Source of the DNA: a virus
Taxonomy: Duplodnaviria; Heunggongvirae; Uroviricota; Caudoviricetes
IMG/VR virus record: IMGVR_UViG_3300044796_000394
DNA: 64,000 nt
Direction: 5' to 3' (one strand)
Shown piece by piece: positions 46,115 to 55,496 of the stretch. Position 1 is the stretch's first letter; every line of letters begins with the position of its first letter. The notes beneath the pieces were generated by a model. The model saw only the letters and a list, made by a program, of their open reading frames with translations, was not told the DNA's origin and searched no databases. The position numbers and the translations under genes are program-made.

Positions 46115-47683
46115 TTATTTTGATCCACCATCTGGTGCTTTAACTGAAAGATCTTGTCCCGGTGTTAACATTCTTAATTTGAAGGTTGTAGTGAAAGAGC
46201 CGGGCTGAATACTATGAGAGACACCTTCAATCATCCAACTCTCATTAGAAAGAACAGAATTGCACGTTTCTATACCAGTACTCCAACGGCAATTATCTTT
46301 AATTGTGAATGGATTGATAACAATCACATTGACGAAACGATTCAACAAGAATAAAGGCATACTCATATTCGGGTTGCCTTGAATCGTCAATTCCGCCGTA
46401 ATACCGCCACCAAATACGATATTGGCGAGATTGTTCATATAAGTACAATTATAAGAATAACGCATCGCAGCGTTGATTCTTGTAGCCACTTCACCTTCCT
46501 GCATAACAATAGAAAGGATATTACCCAACGACATATTGTCAGTACCCTTACCATACAACTGAGGTTGAGACTGCTTATCATTAATTCCATCGGCTGGCCC
46601 TTTAGCCACCATGATCTTAGCTTGTGCACCACCTGCCGTTCCACCAACGCTATAAGCAGTTTGTCCACCTGCCCACTGAATACTCGGCTGAAAGCGAATT
46701 ACAGGGCTACAGTTGCCGCCACCAACCACATAAGTACCAATACTGTATTTGGCATACGACGTTACAGCTTGTAAGTGATCAGGAATATCACACATACATA
46801 TCAGGCGTGCTGGTTTGGTTGGTTCGTAGAAAAGCTTAATACCTTTTCCCGATTTCCCATCATCACACAATACAGTACGACACCACTCCATAATACATTC
46901 CAAAACCCTACGATTTTTACCTTCCCATTTGCGAATCGGCCCTTTAGTCTTAACATCCGGATTAGGATCATTTTTAGAATCAAATGTAAAAGGAACTGAA
47001 GTTGTCGGGCTGGTGAATTTCTTGAATTCTACCTTCAAATCACGGTCTTGAAATAACTGTGAAATCGCATCAGTCAAATGCATCGGCTTTTCATCAGTAC
47101 CAAAAACACCCTTCACTGCCGATTGTTGTAAATCCTGTAACATATCGATACAGTTAATAGTGTATTTGACCAAGCCACCCGAATAACTGAGGGTTACTTT
47201 TTCAATCAAAAACAAGAGTTCCGGACTACTCAAACCGGCTTCTTGTGATAATGGGTTAACTTCTTTAGGTGCTGGCCCCGGCCCTACTATACTTCCATCA
47301 CAATCGTTTGCAATCCAACCGAATCTTACAGATAAAAATGTACCTGCTGATGTACCACCACGGTTCAACTTTTCAAAAATAGTGGCAAACGATCCCGCTT
47401 CCTCATCCACAATTTCAATATCACAGCCAGCACCATTCGCTGAACCATAATGAAACGATTTGACTACCGCCGGTCTGGACTTATTGCCTACGCTAATAGT
47501 TGTTTGAATGCCCAAAACCGTGTCTACGTACTCACGAAGGATTGCTACGGCTGTTGGGCCAGAGTTTCCATCGGTTACCTTAACTATAACGAAAGGTGCC
47601 AGTACGGGCTGCTTGAGGGCAGTGTGGACAACGCCATTCTGCTTCTTTTGCCCACACAAACCCGTCAAAAAGCAATCGCTCAT
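46115..47683 (-). CDS. Baseplate hub protein (gp27/gpD-like)
   Basis: VRFGW, AELTIQGNP and W.I.GVSHSI..GSFTTT.KL, positioned directly before the spike gene. Confidence 0.7.
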   Translation of the reverse strand: MSDCFLTGLCGQKKQNGVVHTALKQPVLAPFVIVKVTDGNSGPTAVAILREYVDTVLGIQTTISVGNKSRPAVVKSFHYGSANGAGCDIEIVDEEAGSFATIFEKLNRGGTSAGTFLSVRFGWIANDCDGSIVGPGPAPKEVNPLSQEAGLSSPELLFLIEKVTLSYSGGLVKYTINCIDMLQDLQQSAVKGVFGTDEKPMHLTDAISQLFQDRDLKVEFKKFTSPTTSVPFTFDSKNDPNPDVKTKGPIRKWEGKNRRVLECIMEWCRTVLCDDGKSGKGIKLFYEPTKPARLICMCDIPDHLQAVTSYAKYSIGTYVVGGGNCSPVIRFQPSIQWAGGQTAYSVGGTAGGAQAKIMVAKGPADGINDKQSQPQLYGKGTDNMSLGNILSIVMQEGEVATRINAAMRYSYNCTYMNNLANIVFGGGITAELTIQGNPNMSMPLFLLNRFVNVIVINPFTIKDNCRWSTGIETCNSVLSNESWMIEGVSHSIQPGSFTTTFKLRMLTPGQDLSVKAPDGGSK

Positions 47684-48006
47684 ACTATAGAAGGTACCCT
47701 CAAAACTGTACCGATTTTGAGATCGAATACATCGGTGATGTTATTGGCTTCCATGATTTTCCACCAATAACCAATTAATTGTTTGCCGTAAGCTTTCTGG
47801 GCAATCCTATCAGGACGATATTGTAATCCTGCATTGATAATCAAAAACTTATCATTTGAAGTTTTCGTTACTGGACTTCTCTTGTAAGTCTTGAATGTCA
47901 AAATTCGCTTATCGCTCCAATAAACCACTTCGGAATTCAGGTAACGACTTGAATTCGATACGAATTGACTTGCTTTTTGCTCCGCTGGTTCTATTGAGTT
48001 TGCCAT
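47680..48006 (-). CDS. Baseplate wedge gp53/LysM-like protein
   Basis: YRPDRIA..AYG...WWKI.EAN.I.D...L..G..LRVP. Confidence 0.85.
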   Translation of the reverse strand: MANSIEPAEQKASQFVSNSSRYLNSEVVYWSDKRILTFKTYKRSPVTKTSNDKFLIINAGLQYRPDRIAQKAYGKQLIGYWWKIMEANNITDVFDLKIGTVLRVPSIV

Positions 48007-48009
48007 ATG

Positions 48010-48546
48010 TTAACTTATGATTTTATCTCTGCCGGGGAGATTGGTACTTGCGAAAACGGCTTCCCATTCCATCTCAACTGAAAACTTATAAGGGAGATAA
48101 GTTTCTTCGTCCCATCCCACTTCGGTAGGATAAGACACAGCATAACGTCTTAGTACGGCGCAAATCGCCTCATCTTTACCAGTAGCAAAAAGTCTCTTAC
48201 AGGACAATTTACAAATCGCAGGCGGGGCATATGGCGTTGAACCATTGGCCGATTGGTCGTATGGATAAACACAACTTTGAATAGCCTTCAATCCATTGAC
48301 TGCCTCTGTACGAGTTTGAGCATTAATAATTAAGAAATGCCAACGTACTGAAAAAACACGATTATCAGCATGAGAGAAAGTTTTAATTGGAAAAGAACGA
48401 CCTATAACCACTTCATCAGTATAAGATGCGGATTTAGAGTCGCTGATCTCCGGTAAGATTCTTGGAATTAATGTACCAGCCCCCGGAATGGATATAGTGC
48501 ATCCTTCGATCTGTGTCAATAGACCATTTGCATCTGTTGCTTTCAT
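48010..48546 (-). CDS. Tail tube initiator-like (gp48/gp54/CIS tube-fold) protein
   Basis: ISDSKSASY....IGRS.P...YP...Y.PP.IC.L, positioned before the gp53-like gene. Confidence 0.7.
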   Translation of the reverse strand: MKATDANGLLTQIEGCTISIPGAGTLIPRILPEISDSKSASYTDEVVIGRSFPIKTFSHADNRVFSVRWHFLIINAQTRTEAVNGLKAIQSCVYPYDQSANGSTPYAPPAICKLSCKRLFATGKDEAICAVLRRYAVSYPTEVGWDEETYLPYKFSVEMEWEAVFASTNLPGRDKIIS

Positions 48547-48572
48547 ATACTTCCGTTAGTAATAGGCTACAA

Positions 48573-49418
48573 TTATTGAGAAAGACCTATCAAATTACCC
48601 TGCCATGTCTGGGAATTGACAGGCGACGAGGGTGAACAAACCAATCTAATAGTTTGATTTGCGGGCAATGTGATCGATTGCCCCAATATAACGATGTCTT
48701 TGCCAAGGCCCATACTCGTTAATTGTGATGTATATAGTTTGGTACCTGCAGGACTCTCTAAAGAAACTTTGCCAAAAACCATGCTATAAGAAGTCATCTC
48801 TGACCAAACGTAACTACTCCAGCCAGATAAGACAAAAGATTTGGATGGCGTATAGCTTACAATGACCTGATCCGCATCAGAGCTACTGGTAATTAATTCA
48901 TTAGTTTGACAATTTGGTGATAAAGGAGTAGAACACGTAACGATAGCTCCACCGTCGGAAACTTTTATGGGTGCATAGGCACCATCATCAGTAATACCAA
49001 AATTGACCGCCCTTGTCGCTTCTGAAACGGTTTTGGCCGAAACACCGGAGGCAATAGACGTTCTACCACCATCTATAACTGATGTAGAGTACGTCGTTTG
49101 AAGCCTGAAATACTCTTGATCTTCGACTCCGTTAATGTATTGAATTCTAAAATATCTACCCCGTGGCCCTGATGAAGTATAATTACCATCACTCAAATCC
49201 AAAGTAGGAACTGGAAACGATCTATCAATGTCAATACCGTCAGTAGAAAATTGATAATTAAGCAAACCGCCTACATTGGTTCGCCATAGAGTATACAAAA
49301 TGGCAGACTGAGAAACATCTTCCCATTTGCCCACAAAAATTTCATTGGCCAACAATGGTTGAAACGTAGTATTATCAATAGAAAACGTGACATTGGAAGA
49401 TATGTTGGTAAATGGCAT
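48573..49418 (-). CDS. beta-rich probable virion accessory protein
   Basis: Start placed at MPFTN (49418). It contains RYFRIQY.NG...Q..FRLQT, and its C-terminal domain is similar to that of 50442-51215. Confidence 0.55.
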   Translation of the reverse strand: MPFTNISSNVTFSIDNTTFQPLLANEIFVGKWEDVSQSAILYTLWRTNVGGLLNYQFSTDGIDIDRSFPVPTLDLSDGNYTSSGPRGRYFRIQYINGVEDQEYFRLQTTYSTSVIDGGRTSIASGVSAKTVSEATRAVNFGITDDGAYAPIKVSDGGAIVTCSTPLSPNCQTNELITSSSDADQVIVSYTPSKSFVLSGWSSYVWSEMTSYSMVFGKVSLESPAGTKLYTSQLTSMGLGKDIVILGQSITLPANQTIRLVCSPSSPVNSQTWQGNLIGLSQ

Positions 49419-49744
49419 TAAATGAGCTCCGTTATCTGAGCGTTTCCTTGAGCGTCTTCCCAAATTCCATAAATATCACCAACAAAAACAGTCGTCGGCA
49501 TCTCATAGGTTGAACTAGGCAAAAGCAAAGCAGTAAACGATTCATTCGTTACGCCATTGCCAAACTTAATGTTTAATTTAAACAATGACTGATTATAAAT
49601 AATCACGCCCTTACGTGACGCATTGGCAGGCACCAAAAGCGTTTCCGAAGAATTAGCCGCTACGGAATTCACATTACACATCAAAGATGTCGTACCGGAA
49701 ATCTGAACAACAACATTGCCGGGACTATAATACTGGCCACCCAT
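49418..49744 (-). CDS. small beta-rich probable structural protein
   Basis: AN..RKGV.IYN.S...L...G...Y..P...G.IYGIW. Confidence 0.55.
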   Translation of the reverse strand: MGGQYYSPGNVVVQISGTTSLMCNVNSVAANSSETLLVPANASRKGVIIYNQSLFKLNIKFGNGVTNESFTALLLPSSTYEMPTTVFVGDIYGIWEDAQGNAQITELI

Positions 49745-50383
49745 TTATGCCTCCGTCCATAAAAATTGAACACCCATTCTCAAACCACTCAATAGTGGCG
49801 TCGCAATTTCAAGCCGCAATTCCCATCCTTCGGCAACACCGGCTCGACAAACAGGGCCGGAAACATCAATGGGAAAATCAAAAATAACACTTGATGTTGT
49901 GTTGCCAATAAATGTACTGGTACAAATATCTGTAGCTGCTCTCGTTGGGGCATTGGCACTAATTCTAACAGTAGCACCAGAAGCAGGCGAAGCGGAATTT
50001 AAAGCCAAAGGCACCAGCGTAGAGCCACCCGGCGTATTATTTTCGGCAGTAATTCTTGTTAATCTCACAGCCATTCTGGTACTGCCGCCGCCAGAATCCG
50101 TGTTAACAACAACCTTTTGTAGATTATAAGTTTTATTCAACGAAGAAGGATGCCACAAATAAGCCAAACTCATTGTGGAATTGACCGATAGTGACAGATT
50201 GGCATAAACGGTAGCTGCGGCATAAGTACTAGTGTCGCCAAAAATAACTACGCCATTATTAACATCTCTAACAACAAGTCCAGCTTCATTTCCCGTAGGA
50301 TCAGAAGTCATAACATCGGCAAAAATAGTACCATCTGTAATCAATACCGGTTCGGCAGATTGTAGTTTCGTAACATCAGACAT
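49745..50383 (-). CDS. Ser/Thr-rich probable structural protein
   Basis: Located in the structural block. The N-terminal Q..PV.ITD.T is shared with 50442-51215. Confidence 0.55.
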   Translation of the reverse strand: MSDVTKLQSAEPVLITDGTIFADVMTSDPTGNEAGLVVRDVNNGVVIFGDTSTYAAATVYANLSLSVNSTMSLAYLWHPSSLNKTYNLQKVVVNTDSGGGSTRMAVRLTRITAENNTPGGSTLVPLALNSASPASGATVRISANAPTRAATDICTSTFIGNTTSSVIFDFPIDVSGPVCRAGVAEGWELRLEIATPLLSGLRMGVQFLWTEA

Positions 50384-50395
50384 ATCTTATAAATG

Positions 50396-50421
50396 AAAAA
50401 GGACGGCATTTTGCCGTCCTT
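50396..50421 (-). terminator. Intrinsic terminator
   Basis: Stem AAGGACGGCA/TGCCGTCCTT with a T-tract on the minus strand. Confidence 0.75.
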
Positions 50422-50441
50422 GATCTAATTGTTAATATAAA

Positions 50442-51215
50442 TTAAATTTCGTGTCCGAAAATCGTCGCATAAACGTCTTGCGCAACACCAGCATTATTGG
50501 TAATTCTTACGTTTACCGGAACAGTAAGTGGAATCGGTTGAGCAAAAGTTATATCAAAATTAGGATCAGCAGCACTAAAAAATCCAACCGCAATAACCGT
50601 TTTGCTATCACCATAATCAATCACCACTTTACATGGGGCACCAGAAGCAGCGGCATGAATTTGTTTAAGGTAAAGAGTTTTGGCGGGCGTATATGTAATA
50701 ACGCCTGCAGCACCATTGACCACTGCCGATGCCGAACCAGAGCTAACAATAACACCAGAAGCCACTTCGCCAGTAGTAACCGCAACAGTACCAGATACGG
50801 CAACCGTACCAGATACTACTTGGGTTGATGGGAAGTTTGAAATCGCTACCGTGCTACTTGATGGGAAGTTGGAAATAGCAACAGTTGTAGGGAAGTTAGA
50901 AACTGCTACAGTCCCACTAACCGCTTGCGTAGTAGGAAAGCTTGGAAAGTTAGAAACAGCAATCGTACCACTAACTGCTTGTGTAGTAGGGAAGCTTGGA
51001 AAGTTAGAAACTACTACGGTACCACTTACTGGTTGAGTAGCAGGGAAGTTAGAAATGGCTACTGTGCTGCTTGATGGAAAGTTTGATACCGCAATGGTAC
51101 CACTTACCGGCTGAGTAACCGCTGAGCCGTCAACCTTTAAGGCGGTTCCTACGATAGCTACTGTATTAGTGTTATCGGTTATCTTAATCGGTAACTGTGA
51201 TTGAATATCTGCCAT
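50442..51215 (-). CDS. Probable fibre-like virion protein with tandem SNFP repeats
   Basis: AAGGAGGT SD before ATG 51215 and seven (V/I)SNFP units. Confidence 0.7.
   Translation of the reverse strand: MADIQSQLPIKITDNTNTVAIVGTALKVDGSAVTQPVSGTIAVSNFPSSSTVAISNFPATQPVSGTVVVSNFPSFPTTQAVSGTIAVSNFPSFPTTQAVSGTVAVSNFPTTVAISNFPSSSTVAISNFPSTQVVSGTVAVSGTVAVTTGEVASGVIVSSGSASAVVNGAAGVITYTPAKTLYLKQIHAAASGAPCKVVIDYGDSKTVIAVGFFSAADPNFDITFAQPIPLTVPVNVRITNNAGVAQDVYATIFGHEI
50780..51120 (-). repeat. Modular coding tandem repeats (VSGT.AVSNFP / SSSTVAISNFP / SFPTTQA)
   Basis: GGAAGTTAGAAA-like DNA units recur on the plus strand, including two near-identical 48-nt units. Boundaries are approximate. Confidence 0.8.
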
Positions 51216-51308
51216 AATACCTCCTTGGAATATCAAATATATATCCTAATTTTGTTCACTTCTATTAATCGGCCTACCATAAGAGTGACCAATCAACGTA
51301 TATAAGCT

Positions 51309-51731
51309 ATGGAACCCTCACAAGACAATAATTCGCTCCCACAAGTTGCTATGAACATCAATGTTCCAGCCGCCGATCCAAAAAGCGAACTCATCAAAGC
51401 TGAACAAATCGTCGGTATGTGTCAGCAAATTGCAGCAGACATCGAAGCCGAAAAAAGTGAAGTTACGGAAACTCTCAACAACTTCGCAGAAATGGTATTT
51501 AACGCTGGTGATGCCACATCTGCCAGCAAAGAAGCTCTAGTTAACCTTTTCAAGTTACGTTCTGATTTGATTGATAAAAAAGCCAGATTAGGTGAAATGA
51601 TGATGAAGGTATTCATGAAAGACGGTATTAAGAGCGTTACTGCTCACCAACACAATGACATCCACATCACAGACAAAGGAAAACTCATCCGAGAACTAAA
51701 TAACTTGGATAAGGAGAATAAAGTACAATGA
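51309..51731 (+). CDS. helical protein, possibly terminase small subunit (gp16-like)
   Basis: Two long helices followed by VTAHQHNDIHITDKGKLIREL, reminiscent of gp16 C-termini. It is preceded by TATATA-N4-ATG. Confidence 0.4.
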   Translation: MEPSQDNNSLPQVAMNINVPAADPKSELIKAEQIVGMCQQIAADIEAEKSEVTETLNNFAEMVFNAGDATSASKEALVNLFKLRSDLIDKKARLGEMMMKVFMKDGIKSVTAHQHNDIHITDKGKLIRELNNLDKENKVQ

Positions 51732-52516
51732 ATAGAAAAATGAACCGTATGAATCGCCACAAAGCGGTTCCGGCCAACAGTACGACAAATCCTATCCAGA
51801 TTTTGACGAACTTTCCACCAATGGTGGAAACGAGTGTTATCAATCAAACACAAACGAATTACGAACTTTCGAGCAGTGGAATCATCTCCCACAAAAGGCG
51901 AGCGGCAGATACGTCGGTAAGGCCAGCCTTTGGCGTCATAGCTAGTATTATCATTTACGCCCCCGGAAAACCCGGCCCAATTACTGCGTACGACTTCGCT
52001 GGTGCATCCGCTGATGGCTCTCCCGCAGCAAGACGTACATATACCAAACTATTTCAAGTAAAATTCGGCAAAGGATTTCATTTAGCGGCGTTCTTCTTAA
52101 ATAGTATTCCGCCAATTGATGGTACACAAACACTGGTATTCAAGCACCCGCCATGCAAAAGAAGAGCAATATTGGCTGATCAGATAGTTAACGTAACCGG
52201 CGTAGACCAACAAGCATTCAAAAGCAGCAATAAAATGAATGCTCAAATCAATAGCGGGCCGACAAATGAAACGGCAGTTGATTCAGAATTAGTTTATGGC
52301 GTAATAGCATTCGGCGGAAACTTCAAGGATTATATCGCTCCGGCAGATTATATTCCAATCAATACCGCTTCAAGTAACGTAGACGAATTTGATGTTTCGT
52401 TGCGAACTTATTATAAATTAACATCCACGACGGGAAGTTTTAGGATTGGAGCCACATCTACTGGCGATTTTCAAGCGGCAGCAGCTGTGCAAACATTCAA
52501 GGCATTGACTCTATGA
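51728..52516 (+). CDS. hypothetical beta-rich protein
   Basis: 262-aa ORF coupled to its neighbours. Confidence 0.55.
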   Translation: MNRKMNRMNRHKAVPANSTTNPIQILTNFPPMVETSVINQTQTNYELSSSGIISHKRRAADTSVRPAFGVIASIIIYAPGKPGPITAYDFAGASADGSPAARRTYTKLFQVKFGKGFHLAAFFLNSIPPIDGTQTLVFKHPPCKRRAILADQIVNVTGVDQQAFKSSNKMNAQINSGPTNETAVDSELVYGVIAFGGNFKDYIAPADYIPINTASSNVDEFDVSLRTYYKLTSTTGSFRIGATSTGDFQAAAAVQTFKALTL

Positions 52517-53796
52517 ACAAGAACAATTGGCATTTTTGGTACGAAGCAGAAATTCCCACGGGACAAGCGGGGCAAGCCCCTGCATCCGATCCCAACGCAC
52601 CGGGACAAGGCGGTAGCGTTACGCAACAACAACCCGCAAATCCGCCACAAGACGGTAGCGATCCCTCCGCACCTGCGCAACCAGAAGATGATGTAACGCA
52701 AGATCCACAAACCATTGAAACACCAAAATCAAATGACAAGGATTTTGAACAATGGCGTCACGACTTCATGGAAATGGCAGAAAAGTGTGATAATACCGAA
52801 ATGATGAATTCCATCAATTCAGTACGTGATATGCCCGGTCTGGAATCACCACAACGAAAATTTGTAGAAGATAACTTCCAAATCTTCTCGTTCCGCAGAG
52901 ACTCCAATATCCTCAAAGCGTCTACTGAAATCCGAAATAACATCAAAAAGGATTTGGATAGAATTAACCCCGGCACTACAGTGATGCAGCACTTGTGTCA
53001 AGCATTAGACGAACAACCACTGCTTTATCAGAACATCATCAAAATGGCTGGTACATTCGGATGGAAGAGTGATCTCCACCGTAAATGGTTGGCTGCTTTG
53101 ATGGGGGCTGTTCAAATCGGCGGCGGCGGTGTTATGAAAGACTTGGTCTACAGTGCCAAAGACTTCAACATTAACTTCAGCACCCGATTCGCAACCCAAT
53201 TCGGCGAAATCAACCTCAGCCGTTGGTCGCTGGTACAAGGCGATCCAAAACAATATTTGAAACCAGATGAACAAGAAAGCCTTCAAGAAGGTAGTCCAGA
53301 AGAAAAACAAGTACTCCGTCGTAAGATCATTATCAAATCCATTGGCGAAATGTTCCGCAAAAGAGCATTCTTGATCAATGTGGTTAACACCGATGGTACC
53401 GTGTACTCAATCGGATGGGATTTGGGCAATAGCCTCTTGGAATCCTACAAGAGTGGCAAGATCGTCGTTCGTGGCCAAGAAAGCGAAGACAAGGAAGTAC
53501 TGATCGGCGATGACGGCAATATCATTCCAGTGATCGACTACAACATCATGTTTGTTAAAGAGACCGGTGAAGTGGACGATGACGGAAGGCCAGAAACAAA
53601 CGAAGTGCCATTTATTCAAAGACGGGACAGTATTCTGTATCTCGTGGCCGATTTGGATACCATTCGTACTGCTACGGCGGGCATGAGCGGTATTTTCTTC
53701 AAGGAAACGCCTTACGGTGGAAATCCTGCTGAAATCCTGCAGCTACAACGTTCTGTACCGGGATTATTTGAAATCATCTTCCGACAAGTGGTGTAA
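52513..53796 (+). CDS. hypothetical phage protein with Pro/Gln-rich N-terminus
   Basis: 427-aa ORF with biased codon usage. Confidence 0.65.
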   Translation: MNKNNWHFWYEAEIPTGQAGQAPASDPNAPGQGGSVTQQQPANPPQDGSDPSAPAQPEDDVTQDPQTIETPKSNDKDFEQWRHDFMEMAEKCDNTEMMNSINSVRDMPGLESPQRKFVEDNFQIFSFRRDSNILKASTEIRNNIKKDLDRINPGTTVMQHLCQALDEQPLLYQNIIKMAGTFGWKSDLHRKWLAALMGAVQIGGGGVMKDLVYSAKDFNINFSTRFATQFGEINLSRWSLVQGDPKQYLKPDEQESLQEGSPEEKQVLRRKIIIKSIGEMFRKRAFLINVVNTDGTVYSIGWDLGNSLLESYKSGKIVVRGQESEDKEVLIGDDGNIIPVIDYNIMFVKETGEVDDDGRPETNEVPFIQRRDSILYLVADLDTIRTATAGMSGIFFKETPYGGNPAEILQLQRSVPGLFEIIFRQVV

Positions 53797-54269
53797 TGAA
53801 GAAGTTTATCTTATCATTAATTTGCTGTTTGAGTCTTGCTACCTATGCGGTTTCAGTTGATACGAAACCGCATATGGAACACAGTACGTCTTTCGTAGCA
53901 TTTCCACAAGATTGTAACGCCAATCCGCCAATGGTTTTCGGAGGGAAACTATTATCCGAAATGGATAGATGTGCAGGCATTACGACAAGAAGGTTTCTTT
54001 TTGCTTCACCCGTTGGTGCCAAAGATGCTGTAACGATTGCAATCAATAATGTCAAGTTTCACAAAAGTGCCGAAGTCAAGGATTTATTAATCGTAACGGG
54101 AAAAGTAATCAAGGTTGGTGAAAAGTCCATAACAATCAAAGTAACGATAGAAAAAGAAATGGCTGACGGACTAGAACTGGTGATTGAAGGGGAATTTGTG
54201 TTTTGTGCTTACGACCTAACACAAAAGAAAGCCATACCTCATGGAATAATACTCGAAGAAGGTAAATAA
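53796..54269 (+). CDS. Hotdog-fold acyl-CoA thioesterase (YciA-like) with N-terminal signal peptide
   Basis: FPQDCNAN..VFGGKLLSEMD..A, VTI....V.F...A.V.D and VG.KSI. The N-terminus is MKKFILSLICCLSLATYA. Confidence 0.85.
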   Translation: MKKFILSLICCLSLATYAVSVDTKPHMEHSTSFVAFPQDCNANPPMVFGGKLLSEMDRCAGITTRRFLFASPVGAKDAVTIAINNVKFHKSAEVKDLLIVTGKVIKVGEKSITIKVTIEKEMADGLELVIEGEFVFCAYDLTQKKAIPHGIILEEGK

Positions 54270-54272
54270 GAC

Positions 54273-54788
54273 ATGAGAAGATTTTCAGGCTTTATGGAAC
54301 GCAAAGATCGGGAAAACAAGAACAACCTCAGAGTACTGAGTAAAGTTCTTGAACGTGCCGGTTTTACTGTTCATGACCACCTCGATCACCATCAAGATCC
54401 ATACATTTACATTGAAAAACCCATTGGCTTTGATCCCTTGATTGAAAGTTTGACTTTCGGCGGCATCAGAGTTTACACACGTGGTACTGATATTGTCAGT
54501 TTTCGTCCGCAGAACAAAGAAGCCGCTGAGCCTTTTGGATTAGCGTATCTGTTGGACGTAACTGGCATGTATAAAGATTTGATCCGTGAACAAAATACGG
54601 ATAAAATCGGCCTCGATCTTATTCGCTATTTAGTTGAAGAAGTTTCTAACTTTTTCGTTATTTCCGCCAAGAAGCAATCTGATGATGAAGGTGATAAAGT
54701 TATTGACTCAATGGGTACGGTTATTAATGGCAGTACGGGCGGTGCAGGAAGTAAGGATTACGGCAATTCAATAAGTAACCGTGGATAA
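54273..54788 (+). CDS. hypothetical phage protein
   Basis: Starts MRRFSGFMER. It is preceded by TAAATA-N4-ATG. Confidence 0.6.
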   Translation: MRRFSGFMERKDRENKNNLRVLSKVLERAGFTVHDHLDHHQDPYIYIEKPIGFDPLIESLTFGGIRVYTRGTDIVSFRPQNKEAAEPFGLAYLLDVTGMYKDLIREQNTDKIGLDLIRYLVEEVSNFFVISAKKQSDDEGDKVIDSMGTVINGSTGGAGSKDYGNSISNRG

Positions 54789-54797
54789 TGGAGTTAA

Positions 54798-55493
54798 ATG
54801 CCACCATCACAACCGCCGCAAGGCCCAATTGGAACTTCGCCCGGTCTTACTGCTCAAGACCTGCTCAATAATCAACAAAATGCTCGACAGGCCAATCAAC
54901 AATCTGGCGAGCAACAACAGCAAAAGCTCCAAAATAACGCCGACAAATTCAAAAAGTCGATATTCAAAAAAATACAAAACAAAACGATCCAACCCGGAGC
55001 GTTAATTGTATTTCGATACAATTTTTATAAACACGATCCTTCCCCCCTATGTTTAGTAGGACGGATGGGAATGAACGGAATGTTATCTGGTCTCAATCTA
55101 CATTATTTGACATTTAGGTATGTTAAACAGCTAGTACAGATGTATTGCGGCAAAAACTTTAATTACCAGTTAATCAAAGGCAACAAATACATAGTTAACG
55201 CTTATCGTAGCTATAAGAGGGAAGGCAGAAAAGACGTTCAGGTTCTTGATTGTGATTTTCTACTAGGAGTATTAGGAACAGTTAGGTCGTTCAAACCGAG
55301 CGAACTGGAAGCTATAAGGCAATCGGTGCAAAAGCAATTACAGGAAAAGATGCACCCAACTGCCGAAGATGTATCAAAACAATACCAAAATTACGTACGA
55401 CCGCAAGATCATACGGCATTTGGAACGAATAAAGAAATGCCGGATGCTCGCATGAACCCTAATAACATGCAGCAACCAGAATTACCTCAGTAA
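54798..55493 (+). CDS. DNA end-protector-like protein (T4 gp2-like)
   Basis: PG....F.Y...HDPSPL.L....GLNLHYL...AYRSY. Confidence 0.6.
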   Translation: MPPSQPPQGPIGTSPGLTAQDLLNNQQNARQANQQSGEQQQQKLQNNADKFKKSIFKKIQNKTIQPGALIVFRYNFYKHDPSPLCLVGRMGMNGMLSGLNLHYLTFRYVKQLVQMYCGKNFNYQLIKGNKYIVNAYRSYKREGRKDVQVLDCDFLLGVLGTVRSFKPSELEAIRQSVQKQLQEKMHPTAEDVSKQYQNYVRPQDHTAFGTNKEMPDARMNPNNMQQPELPQ

Positions 55494-55496
55494 AGT

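Noticed and set aside
37497-48546. Bacterial T6SS/eCIS locus rather than a phage tail
   Set aside because: The surroundings (capsid paralogue, gp2-like gene, homing endonucleases, thyA/folA, dense small ORFs) indicate a phage, and no TssJLM or ClpV was seen.
50780-51120. Repeats as a CRISPR array or DGR template/variable pair
   Set aside because: The units are in-frame coding repeats varying at synonymous positions. There are no unique spacers, no cas or reverse transcriptase gene, and no adenine-specific mismatch pattern.
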